The notes beneath the pieces are model-generated. The model saw only the letters and a list, made by a program, of their open reading frames with translations, was not told the DNA's origin and made no database searches. A stretch of DNA of 20,000 nt, from the sequence record DRR723986_1372. One strand, 5' to 3'. This document shows positions 7,821 through 16,295 of the stretch, piece by piece. Position 1 is the stretch's first letter, and every line of letters begins with the position of its first letter. A program made the translations under genes and the position numbers.

Positions 7821-8483
7821 ATGCGTATGTTCAGCTTTTCAACAGGTGTGGTTCTTGGGGCTTCTTTGCTTTTGAGTGCATGTGCTTCCATGTACAGCGT
7901 TCGACCCGTGATTGCAGAGAATCAGGTACCTGTTCAAAACCAGGGGTTTGAATCTCTGAGCTCCAGCAAGAAACACATGGTGCAGGTGGGCTCGGTCTAC
8001 AACTCAATGCGCCAGTTCGATAATCCGCGCTTCAACGTCACCTTTGTGAACCAAGGCAAGTTTCCTGTCGAGTTTTCAACAGAGAATATTACGGTTACTT
8101 TGAATGGCGAGCCGGCCACAGTGGTCAGCTATGAGGCACAGATTCAGGACGTACAAAACCGGCTTTCTTTCTACGGTTTCAGGGCCCCGATTTTTTACAG
8201 CCCGTTTTATCACCCACCGTTTTACAGAGGTTTTCATGGCAGCGGTTTTCTGTTTCAAACCGATTTCAATGACAGGCTTGATGTACAACAAGCGTTTGCG
8301 GACTTCGACCGAATTCAGAAGTACAGTTTGAAACCGAAAGTGGTGCGACCCGGTGAACAAACACAGGGTGAAATTATCGTGGCTAAAAAGTTATCTGCCA
8401 GCAGTGCGCAAGACATTACCGTGACTGTGCGAGTGGATGACGACACGCACAAATTTGATTTTGGTTACCTGCAAACCAATTAA
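7821..8483 (+). CDS. Hypothetical lipoprotein
   Basis: MRMFSFSTGVVLGASLLLSAC carries lipobox LSAC. The body is beta-rich with an aromatic/Pro/Gly insert. ATG at 7821 is preferred over GTG at 7785. Confidence 0.75.
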   Translation: MRMFSFSTGVVLGASLLLSACASMYSVRPVIAENQVPVQNQGFESLSSSKKHMVQVGSVYNSMRQFDNPRFNVTFVNQGKFPVEFSTENITVTLNGEPATVVSYEAQIQDVQNRLSFYGFRAPIFYSPFYHPPFYRGFHGSGFLFQTDFNDRLDVQQAFADFDRIQKYSLKPKVVRPGEQTQGEIIVAKKLSASSAQDITVTVRVDDDTHKFDFGYLQTN

Positions 8484-8494
8484 TCAGGTGCTGC

Positions 8495-8740
8495 TTACTG
8501 GAGTTCAGCGATTTTCCTGAACTCCTGGAGTTTTGCACGTAAAAATAAAATCATCGCCTCACGGTCGTGGAGTTCCGCACTGAGGTACTCCACCACCGTG
8601 GTCAATTGCTCCACCTCCGCTGATCGCTTCTGAATCAATTCACTGGCGCGTTCCTGCAGTTTGGCCAGTTGTCTGCACAATGCGTCGTTTTCAATCAGCA
8701 AGGTATCCATCGATTTGTTCATACATACACTGGCTTTCAT
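8495..8740 (-). CDS. Small coiled-coil protein
   Basis: Heptad-like L/E/Q-rich sequence (LLIENDALCRQLAKLQERASEL...). AGGA RBS upstream. It starts 20 bp after the upstream ORF's stop. Confidence 0.65.
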   Translation of the reverse strand: MKASVCMNKSMDTLLIENDALCRQLAKLQERASELIQKRSAEVEQLTTVVEYLSAELHDREAMILFLRAKLQEFRKIAELQ

Positions 8741-8760
8741 GGGGCTATTTCCTGCATGAA

Positions 8761-9021
8761 TCAGTGAAGTGCGCCACCAGCATGTCGCCTGTTCCGGCTT
8801 TGCGGGGTGGGGTGCTCCAAAGCTTGTTTGATCCGTTGAATTTCGGCTTGCGCAAAGCCCATCATTCCGAGCAAATCCCGGAATGCAGTAGCTTCAAAGC
8901 GCATGGTCATGTAATGAAGGCACAGAGAGACCACCTCGGTTTCCTGACAATAATAGACTGAGCCGTTTTCGCTGCCTGCCAGCCATTGACCCAGTTGAGC
9001 TGTACAGTTTTCCTGCTGCAT
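8761..9021 (-). CDS. Small hypothetical Cys/His-containing protein, putatively Fur-regulated
   Basis: 86 aa with GGGAG RBS, three Cys and a His-containing C-terminus. It sits directly downstream of a Fur-boxed promoter. Confidence 0.7.
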   Translation of the reverse strand: MQQENCTAQLGQWLAGSENGSVYYCQETEVVSLCLHYMTMRFEATAFRDLLGMMGFAQAEIQRIKQALEHPTPQSRNRRHAGGALH

Positions 9022-9053
9022 GAAGAACTCCCAATTCGTTCAAATGAGAATTC

Positions 9054-9082
9054 ATCGTAAATGATAATAATTATCAATACAA
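9054..9082 (-). promoter_or_regulatory. Sigma70 promoter with Fur box in the spacer
   Basis: Perfect 7-1-7 TGATAAT-A-ATTATCA (9062-9076). Positions 9057-9075 match GATAATGATAATCATTATC at 16/19. Minus-strand -35 TTGTAT (9082-9077), 17 bp spacer, -10 TACGAT (9059-9054). Confidence 0.85.
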
Positions 9083-9114
9083 GTGTTTTTTGCAGTTCTG
9101 CACGTGAGAGGTCT

Positions 9115-10122
9115 CTAGTTGTTATTTGTCTTCCGCACTACAGTCAATTTATTGCCTATGGGGCTACTTTGCTCGCCCAGAATTCCTTTTTCAGTTACCA
9201 GCAGGTCAGTGGTGGAAAATAGTGGTGGACGACCCTGCATAACCTGTGAGGTGCCTGTCGAAAAAGTCAGTGGGTTAAAGCCGTCTACTTGCTCACCTTG
9301 AAAATTCAGCTTGATTACTTGCCCTGTAAAAAAGTAGGTGACGGCAAAACCATCGGGAAGAATTGAAAAGTCGTCAGGCAGGTTTTCCAGCGTGGCCAGC
9401 ACCAAAGGCATACCTGCCGATCCATCATTTTGGATGGGCACCACATTCAAACGACCCAGGTTTGGTATTTCAGAATCCGTGAAATAAAGCAGATTTCCCC
9501 GACGTTGAATTCCGTTTGGAAAGCGACCCGCCAAGTCTAACCATGTTGTTTGATTCTCAACTTGAAGCGGGTTATTGGCAGCAATCTTCAGCTTCACAAT
9601 TTTGGGCGAGGGCAGGGAGTTCGTAGCGACAGGTCCATCCACTGCATACAATGTTTGACCGTCTGCGCTGCTGGTTAATCCATTGGGCAGTGCCATGCCC
9701 TCATAGTTAAATACTGGAGAAATGGTCATAGGCGATTTGTTCATTGCCCCTGCCCACAGGGTACCGTCACCACAATTGGCATAGAGGGTGTTTCTTGCAA
9801 TCGCCAAACCAGTGAAGTTACACACACCGCTGGACAGTGTTCGAGCCGCGAAGTCATCGTTATTTTTTAGCACCTCAATCACGGATTGCCCGCCAGACAC
9901 AAACAACCTGCCTTCAGCCGAGAAAATCATGTTTTCTGCATCGGGGATCGTCAACAATTCCTGCAGGCTCGCGCAAGAGTTGTTAAAGCAGGGACTCCTC
10001 TGTTCGAATGTTGACGGATTCGTTCGCGTGGTGGGAAAAGCCGTAGGTTCCTCACCCGTACATGCAAACACAAACGGCGAAAAAACAAAGAGTGACCAGC
10101 CAAAACGTGTTCCAGATTGCAT
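9115..10122 (-). CDS. SMP-30/gluconolactonase-like beta-propeller protein, probable lipoprotein
   Basis: Repeated blade motifs AENM, FTGL, PNGL, PNGI...LYFTDS, PDDF. Start at ATG 10122 gives MQSGTRFGWSLFVFSPFVFAC, a lipobox-like signal. Confidence 0.7.
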   Translation of the reverse strand: MQSGTRFGWSLFVFSPFVFACTGEEPTAFPTTRTNPSTFEQRSPCFNNSCASLQELLTIPDAENMIFSAEGRLFVSGGQSVIEVLKNNDDFAARTLSSGVCNFTGLAIARNTLYANCGDGTLWAGAMNKSPMTISPVFNYEGMALPNGLTSSADGQTLYAVDGPVATNSLPSPKIVKLKIAANNPLQVENQTTWLDLAGRFPNGIQRRGNLLYFTDSEIPNLGRLNVVPIQNDGSAGMPLVLATLENLPDDFSILPDGFAVTYFFTGQVIKLNFQGEQVDGFNPLTFSTGTSQVMQGRPPLFSTTDLLVTEKGILGEQSSPIGNKLTVVRKTNNN

Positions 10123-10214
10123 GTAACAAACCCCCATGAGATGAAGCTTGTACTTTGAGTGCAAATGTTTGGATGTAATAATCACGGATGCACAACTTCG
10201 CTGGAGCAATTCCC

Positions 10215-11264
10215 ATGTTCGAGAAACTCTTTGCGGGTACCTTGATGGCCCTTGTGATTTGGCAGCCTGGTGCAGCGAATGCAACGACTGCGGTACCAGT
10301 ACCCTTGCCCCAGTTGCCTGCCACTTTTTCAGGTACTTTGCCTTGCGCCAGTTGTGAGGGAATTGAAACAAGTATTACCTTGCAGTCCGATGGTACTTTC
10401 TTTTCCCGCCAGCGCTACGCGGGGCAAGTTCCTCCCAATCAAGCCAGCGACTTGGGACGTTGGGTGATGTCGCATTACGGCAATATCGTGGTGATGCAGG
10501 GGCAAAACTCAAATCTGCGTTATTTCCGGGTGAATTCAACGGATTCTATTGAAATGCTGGATCTGGAAGCGCGCACCATTTTGTCAAACCTGAATTACCA
10601 TCTGAATCGTACCCAGACGGCTGACTCACTTGACCTGAAGTTGTTTCCGCTTCGCGGACAGTATGTGTACCTCGCGGATGCTGGTCTTTTTTCAGAATGC
10701 GTCTCTGGTTTGAGTTTTCCAGTGTTGGCACAGGGTGACAATATCAAGTTGGAACGCGAATATCTGGAACGTCGAAATGAGCCTGGGCAGGCTCTGCTGG
10801 CCACAGTGTATGGTCACTTGAAGCTTGCACCCTCCATGGAGGGTGGTCGATTGGTACCTAGTTTGCTTCCGCTGCGTTATGAACATATTGCGCTTGGGAA
10901 TTGCGCTACACGTTTGCATTCCGCAAATTTGAAAGACCAGTTCTGGACGCTGGTTCAACTCAATGGCAAGCCAGTGGTATTACCCGAATCTGGGAGAGCA
11001 CCGGGTTTGATGCTTCATTCCGAAAATAGTCGTTTGAGTGGCTCGGGTGGGTGTAACCAGTTGTTGGGTACGTATACTCTCGACGGCCGTTTCGTTCAAT
11101 TGAACCTAGTCGCTGCCACACGCATGGCCTGTTTGAACGAGGGTAATGTTGATGGTGAACTAATCAGCACACTGGCCCAGGTTAGAAGCTGGAATATTCT
11201 GGGCCAGCGTATGGAGCTGTATGACCAGCTTGGACGTTTGCTGGCCAGGTTTGAAGTGTCTTAG
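10215..11264 (+). CDS. Exported NlpE(CutF)-N + NlpE-C + META (HslJ-like) domain protein
   Basis: FSGTLPCASCEGI...L-x-x-DGTF (NlpE N-domain CxxC), RGQYVYLADAGLFSEC (NlpE C-domain) and W-x-L...SGSGGCN...ATRMAC (META). ATG at 10215 has a GGAG RBS. Confidence 0.85.
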   Translation: MFEKLFAGTLMALVIWQPGAANATTAVPVPLPQLPATFSGTLPCASCEGIETSITLQSDGTFFSRQRYAGQVPPNQASDLGRWVMSHYGNIVVMQGQNSNLRYFRVNSTDSIEMLDLEARTILSNLNYHLNRTQTADSLDLKLFPLRGQYVYLADAGLFSECVSGLSFPVLAQGDNIKLEREYLERRNEPGQALLATVYGHLKLAPSMEGGRLVPSLLPLRYEHIALGNCATRLHSANLKDQFWTLVQLNGKPVVLPESGRAPGLMLHSENSRLSGSGGCNQLLGTYTLDGRFVQLNLVAATRMACLNEGNVDGELISTLAQVRSWNILGQRMELYDQLGRLLARFEVS

Positions 11265-11268
11265 TGGT

Positions 11269-12492
11269 TCAATCTTGCAACAGTTCGAAGGTGAGCCCAG
11301 CGTGTTGCTGCAAGCGGCTCATCAATTGCTCTCCCATCAACGAGGCAGGGGTCCAGAATCCGCCTGCGTGCTTTTGAATGTCCAGCGCCAGGCACACCGC
11401 TGCCTCACCCAGCATTTTTCCGGTTGAACCATAACCAGGGTCCATGTCACCTGTGACTTTGGCGGTCAGGGTATTGCCTTTGCTGGTGGTGCCATAAAAG
11501 CGCAGGTCATAAGAGCCTCGCTGCTGCGAAGTCTCGCTCGGTCCTTCACCAGGTTTGGGAACCACGAATTTTTCGAGTGCCCAACGGGTTGGTGGAAGTG
11601 CAGCACCAATCAAGAAACCAGCCATGCCGCTGGCCAGTCCCATCGCAGTGATTCGGCCTTTGAGCCCGTTGCCTGTCATCATGGCTTCGTCGTATTTGAA
11701 TTCTTTACCGTATCCGTAATTTTGCAGAGCGTTGCTGCGATGAACCACACGGGTGTTGATACCTGCCATGACAAAGGGAGCCAGCCAGCTCTTGGCCACT
11801 GGATCAAATTCTGCGAAGCTGACATTGGGTTGACGTGCAGCCAGGCGGGCAGGTGAAATCAAATATGGGTTAGCCAACTTTTTGGCCAGTGACCGGTCTG
11901 CAGCCACTTCGCGCGTTACGTTGATCATGCTGGCCACGGTACCGCCTGAAAATTCTCCTTTCAGTTTTCTAACCCGCATCCGGATTTGTTGGCAAGGTTC
12001 GCCATATTGAACACTGGCGGCCTTTTGTAGAAACAGCACTCCCAGATCAGAGGGAATGGAATCGAAACCGCAGCAATGCACGATACGAGCACCACTTTGC
12101 TTTGCAGTCTCTTCATGGGCTTCAATCATTCGCGCAATCCATTGCACTTCACCGGTGAGATCACAGTAATCTGTGCCGGTTTCAGCGCAAACTTTGACAA
12201 GGCCAGATCCGTACAAGGCATACGGCCCAACTGTTGAAACCACCACCTTGGTTTTTGAACACAGGTTTTGCAGGTCGGTTTCTTGGCTGGCATTGGCCAA
12301 AATCGTTGGCAATTCTCGAGCCTGTTCACCCAGTCTGTTTTTCAGCACCGCGAGCTTGTCAGCATCCCGTCCGGCAATGGCCCAGTTGATTTCGCCGTTC
12401 ATGCCATGTCGCCTCCACAAATACTGCACCAGGATCTGACCTACAAAACTGGTCGCACCAAAGACGATCAAGTCAAACTCTTTCTTTTTCAT
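11269..12492 (-). CDS. Saccharopine dehydrogenase-like oxidoreductase (trans-acting enoyl reductase family)
   Basis: Rossmann motif GATSFVG, plus AGR, TVGPY, YCDLTGE, CGFDSIPSDLG, SGGT and DPGYGST. Confidence 0.9.
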   Translation of the reverse strand: MKKKEFDLIVFGATSFVGQILVQYLWRRHGMNGEINWAIAGRDADKLAVLKNRLGEQARELPTILANASQETDLQNLCSKTKVVVSTVGPYALYGSGLVKVCAETGTDYCDLTGEVQWIARMIEAHEETAKQSGARIVHCCGFDSIPSDLGVLFLQKAASVQYGEPCQQIRMRVRKLKGEFSGGTVASMINVTREVAADRSLAKKLANPYLISPARLAARQPNVSFAEFDPVAKSWLAPFVMAGINTRVVHRSNALQNYGYGKEFKYDEAMMTGNGLKGRITAMGLASGMAGFLIGAALPPTRWALEKFVVPKPGEGPSETSQQRGSYDLRFYGTTSKGNTLTAKVTGDMDPGYGSTGKMLGEAAVCLALDIQKHAGGFWTPASLMGEQLMSRLQQHAGLTFELLQD

Positions 12493-12684
12493 TCTGCTTT
12501 ATCTCCTGAATTTATTGTGTTTTACCAGATTCTCTCACACTCAATAAACCTTGTATTGATATTCGGAATACCGATTATTTCTAGGCCCTCAGGGTGATAG
12601 GGGGTGACCGGAGCTTTAACCCGAACGGGGGGACGCAAATTGGATGTGGAATATTTAATGTGAATCCATTCTCCGGAGAATCCC

Positions 12685-13398
12685 ATGTCCAGTGTTTCAG
12701 AAGTCAACTTTCTGTTCGATTCCACCTCGCAGTTGTTACCGTTCTGGATCGCGATTGCGAAAACCGAGCATGAGCTGGAGTTGGCTGCCAAAGCCCGGCA
12801 ACTTGCCTACGGAAGGCATCTTCCGTCGCTCGGTGAAATGCTGGCCAAACCCGATGCTGATGATGCTCATCCTGACTCCGCGGTACTGCTGGCGTTCTCA
12901 AAGCTGGATGGAAGTTGTATTGGTACGGTGCGGGTACAGATTGCCAATCAGCGGCAGCTTCGTCTCGAGGAGTCGTATGTATTGCCCAAGGCCCTGAGTA
13001 CCGGTCGAGTTGCCGAGGTGTCAAGGCTGGCCATCCCTGCTCGGTCCAATGGTTTGACGTTGAGGTTGATGCTGATCAAGGCAGCGTATTGGTACATCAG
13101 GGCCAAGCTGGTGGACCGCTGTTTTCTGTGTGTGCGTTATCCGGTGGACAGGCAATACCGACGATTCGAACTTGATGATGTGCTACAGCCCAATGAGTTT
13201 GTAGAGATGAAACACATCGGCATGATTCCCCATCGAGTTCTCTGGTTTGATGTATTTCACATTGAAGCACGTTGGTTGCTCAGTGCAAATCCGCTCCATT
13301 CAGTTTATTTCGCAAGTTCGCATCCTGATTTGCTGCAAAACATTCAGATGCGTACCTTGCAACTGGAAACCCAACAACAAGTGCGGTCCATTGGATGA
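12685..13398 (+). CDS. N-acyl amino acid synthase (FeeM-like) / LuxI-fold GNAT acyltransferase
   Basis: R-x-x-AY, DADD, GTVRV and AEVSRL are core motifs shared by the FeeM/LuxI superfamily. It lacks the LuxI F-x-x-x-LGW segment. GGAG RBS upstream. Confidence 0.7.
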   Translation: MSSVSEVNFLFDSTSQLLPFWIAIAKTEHELELAAKARQLAYGRHLPSLGEMLAKPDADDAHPDSAVLLAFSKLDGSCIGTVRVQIANQRQLRLEESYVLPKALSTGRVAEVSRLAIPARSNGLTLRLMLIKAAYWYIRAKLVDRCFLCVRYPVDRQYRRFELDDVLQPNEFVEMKHIGMIPHRVLWFDVFHIEARWLLSANPLHSVYFASSHPDLLQNIQMRTLQLETQQQVRSIG

Positions 13399-16295
13399 TT
13401 GTCATGCCTGTAGCTGTCGCCGACTCTTTTCAGAGAATATCCTGGGTGCCATTCCTCTCGGTGGTTTTGTTGAGTTTTTTTCTGATTGTGTCTTTTGTGA
13501 ATTTATCGGTTCTGGAGGAGAACAGCCCCGACGAGGTGCCGCTGGCATTCTCAAGTCTCTCGGACAATGAGGTACACGGCAGCTTGTTCAGTGTGATTGA
13601 ACAACTCAAAAATCAACCCGAGCTGCCTGTATTGCGCACTCATCTGAACGAGACACCTTTTTGGGTTTACTCAAGTGTGTCGCAAACCATGGCACAACAG
13701 CACGAGAAAATCTTCTTCAGGTCGCGGCATCTTGTGCAGTCTTCGTGTTGGTTGGCCATGCAAAGCGGCAGCTTGCAGGAAATTCAACTGGAGGCCAATC
13801 AGGGGCGGGCGGTATCAGCGCATCTTGTAAATAGCACTGGCTTGCAAGGTGTGCTTTGTCAGTTCAAGTTCATTGGGCCAGCAAGTCTCGAAATTGGTTT
13901 ACAGACTGCCGGAAACTTCAATGCAGCGACTGTCATTTCTGAACGTCGGCAAAGTTTTCTGGAGGGTGTGCTTTATCTGATGATTGGCATGGTAGCAGTC
14001 GCTGCATTCATGACCCGCAGCGCCCTGTTTGTCATTTATGGATTCTGGCTGTTTGCCAGTCTTCGATTGGTGGCTTTGTCCGAAGGTTGGGACCATTCAA
14101 TCTTTGGTTTTGACCTTGAATCTGAGCCGCTCATGCGGGCTCGAATGTTGGCCTTGGCCATGTACTTTACTTCGACAGTGCTCATTGTGTGGCATCTGTT
14201 TGAGAACATTCGACGCGATTCTTGGTTGGGAGTTCTGAGAGCCTTGCAATGCGCCAGTGCTCTTTTGATGGTGTTGGCGCTTTTTTCCCCTTACCGGACT
14301 TTTCTCGAACTGTTCTGGCCCATCAGTTTGGTGGCGGCCTCGGCTGTAGCGTGGGTCGTGATTCAAAATTTTCTCGAAAAACGTGACCGAGTAGCGATTT
14401 ATTATCTCGCTGCCATGCTGATATCACTCACTGGTGCTGTGGCAGAAGTATTGTCGGCCTGGTTTGATCAACGCTTCTTGTTACAGTATTTCAACAGTGC
14501 TTCAGTCACGGTACTGGCCAGTGTGATGACTGCTGTGGCTTTGGCTGAGTTTTTAAGGAAAACACAACGGCAGCAACAGTTGGCAGCGCAGGCAGTCAAG
14601 CAGGCCCACGAGCGCCTTGAGAGTGTTTTCGATATTGCACCCTCGGCGATGTTCACTTGCACGCGTCACGGTCAACTGATTCACTTCAACAAACAGTTTA
14701 CCGACCTTTTTCTGAACCGTGACGGAAGGCCTACACTCGACTTTCTGCAGCCGCAGCGACTTGCTGCCCTGTTTAACTTGCTAGAACATCCAGGGAAATC
14801 ATCCAGGCGGGAAATGCCTGTGTTGGGTAGCGAAGGAGAAACTCGTTGGTATGAATTGGTGGTGAGTCGCGATCACCAGGAACTTGTGGGGGTCGTGTGC
14901 GATTTCACAGCCAGAAAAGACCGCGAACTGGCTTTGCAGTACCAGGCCACACACGATGAATTGACTGGTGCATTAAACCGCCGGGGTTTGCAAAACACGA
15001 TCCACAACAAGCTGAGCAGACGCACCGCCAGTTTCACTTTCTTTTGTGTCGATATTCAGCAGTTTTCACGTTTGATCAGCGCCTATGGTCTTGCAGTTTC
15101 GGATCAGTTGTTGCAGGCGTTTTATACAGAGTTATATCGGCACATGAATGCCCACGGCGATATAGCACGGCTGCATGTTGATCAGTTCTCAATCATGATT
15201 CACCAGAGCGACCTTGAGCAAGCGGAACAGGCCTTCAATGCATTTTTACATCGGCTTGATTCGGTGCCTTTTCAACTGGATGGCCGCAGCATTCAAACGG
15301 CCGTGCTCGCCACGGTGGTATTTCAGGGTCTGGTGGACAATGTGCTCGATGTGATGGAGACCGTTGAGATGTCCATGCGGGAGTCGAAGCTGAAAGCGAA
15401 ACGCAACAGCAAGGTGGAGAGGATTGTTTTTGAGCAGAATCAGACCCGTAGGTTGCTGGACCAATCCAGAACCATACGCCGACTGGATGATCAACAATTG
15501 CCCGCTGGCTTGACTTTGGCGTGGCAACCCATACTGGCCATCAACGAGTCCAATGGTTCTCTCTACGCTGAGGCCTTGTTAAGGATCAAGGATGACAATG
15601 GGAAGCTTGCATCGGCAGGATTCTTGATTGAGGCCTGCGAGCGAGGAGGGTACACGGCATTTTTGGACAATTGGGTGTTAAGCCGATCACTTGATTTTCT
15701 CGCTCAACATGCAAAGCAATTGAACAAGTTGAGCGTCCTGAGCATTAATGTATCGCCGGGTTCCTTGAATGATGAAACATTTCTTCAGGATACATTGGCG
15801 TTGATTCAGGCGCATCAACAGCATGCGTCCAAACTGTGTCTGGAGATTACCGAGGTAGGTTCGGTGATCAATCTACAGGCCGTGCAGAGCTTCATTGAGC
15901 AAGTCAGAGGTATGGGCGTGCGTATCGCGCTGGATGACTTTGGTGCGGGGTACAGCAATTTCAGGTACGCGATGGACCTGCATGCAGACGTGATCAAGAT
16001 TGACGGGTCTATCGTGAAGAATATTTGCCACAGCACCGAAAGCCATGCTGTGATTACCGCCATTGTGGGCTTGGCCCATGACCTGGGTTGCAAGTGTGTA
16101 GCCGAGTGGGTAGAGGATCTACACACCTTGCGAGAAGTGAAAGAACTTGGTGTGGATTATGTACAGGGTTACCTGGTATCGCCTGCAGTGGAGTGTTCAC
16201 GTTTTCTGAATTTGACCGACCCGCTTGATTTGATTGATGACAAAAAGCGGGCCACATTAATTCAAGACGTGGTATTGGCCATTGAAGACTGCTGA
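13395..16295 (+). CDS. 7TM-DISM-type membrane sensor with PAS-like, degenerate GGDEF and intact EAL domains; probable c-di-GMP phosphodiesterase
   Basis: N-terminal TM, about 150-aa extracytoplasmic domain, about 7 TM helices, coiled linker and PAS-like region. HDELTG precedes a GGDEF domain whose signature reads HVDQF. EAL motifs AEALLR, SINVS, LEITE, DDFGAGYS, IKIDG, VAEWVE and QGY are all present. Confidence 0.9.
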   Translation: MIVMPVAVADSFQRISWVPFLSVVLLSFFLIVSFVNLSVLEENSPDEVPLAFSSLSDNEVHGSLFSVIEQLKNQPELPVLRTHLNETPFWVYSSVSQTMAQQHEKIFFRSRHLVQSSCWLAMQSGSLQEIQLEANQGRAVSAHLVNSTGLQGVLCQFKFIGPASLEIGLQTAGNFNAATVISERRQSFLEGVLYLMIGMVAVAAFMTRSALFVIYGFWLFASLRLVALSEGWDHSIFGFDLESEPLMRARMLALAMYFTSTVLIVWHLFENIRRDSWLGVLRALQCASALLMVLALFSPYRTFLELFWPISLVAASAVAWVVIQNFLEKRDRVAIYYLAAMLISLTGAVAEVLSAWFDQRFLLQYFNSASVTVLASVMTAVALAEFLRKTQRQQQLAAQAVKQAHERLESVFDIAPSAMFTCTRHGQLIHFNKQFTDLFLNRDGRPTLDFLQPQRLAALFNLLEHPGKSSRREMPVLGSEGETRWYELVVSRDHQELVGVVCDFTARKDRELALQYQATHDELTGALNRRGLQNTIHNKLSRRTASFTFFCVDIQQFSRLISAYGLAVSDQLLQAFYTELYRHMNAHGDIARLHVDQFSIMIHQSDLEQAEQAFNAFLHRLDSVPFQLDGRSIQTAVLATVVFQGLVDNVLDVMETVEMSMRESKLKAKRNSKVERIVFEQNQTRRLLDQSRTIRRLDDQQLPAGLTLAWQPILAINESNGSLYAEALLRIKDDNGKLASAGFLIEACERGGYTAFLDNWVLSRSLDFLAQHAKQLNKLSVLSINVSPGSLNDETFLQDTLALIQAHQQHASKLCLEITEVGSVINLQAVQSFIEQVRGMGVRIALDDFGAGYSNFRYAMDLHADVIKIDGSIVKNICHSTESHAVITAIVGLAHDLGCKCVAEWVEDLHTLREVKELGVDYVQGYLVSPAVECSRFLNLTDPLDLIDDKKRATLIQDVVLAIEDC

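Noticed and set aside
9115-10122. Beta-propeller lactonase-like protein as the signal-degrading enzyme of the synthase-receptor pair
   Set aside because: It is about 2.5 kb away in a different transcription unit with unrelated genes between. Nothing in the sequence links them.
10123-10371. N-terminal extension of ORF 9115..10371
   Set aside because: It overlaps the divergent NlpE-META gene. A signal peptide begins at ATG 10122.
12685-13398. Calling this gene luxI (AHL synthase)
   Set aside because: It shares fold motifs but lacks the F-x-x-x-LGW segment. No luxR or lux box is visible. It fits FeeM-like acyltransferases better.
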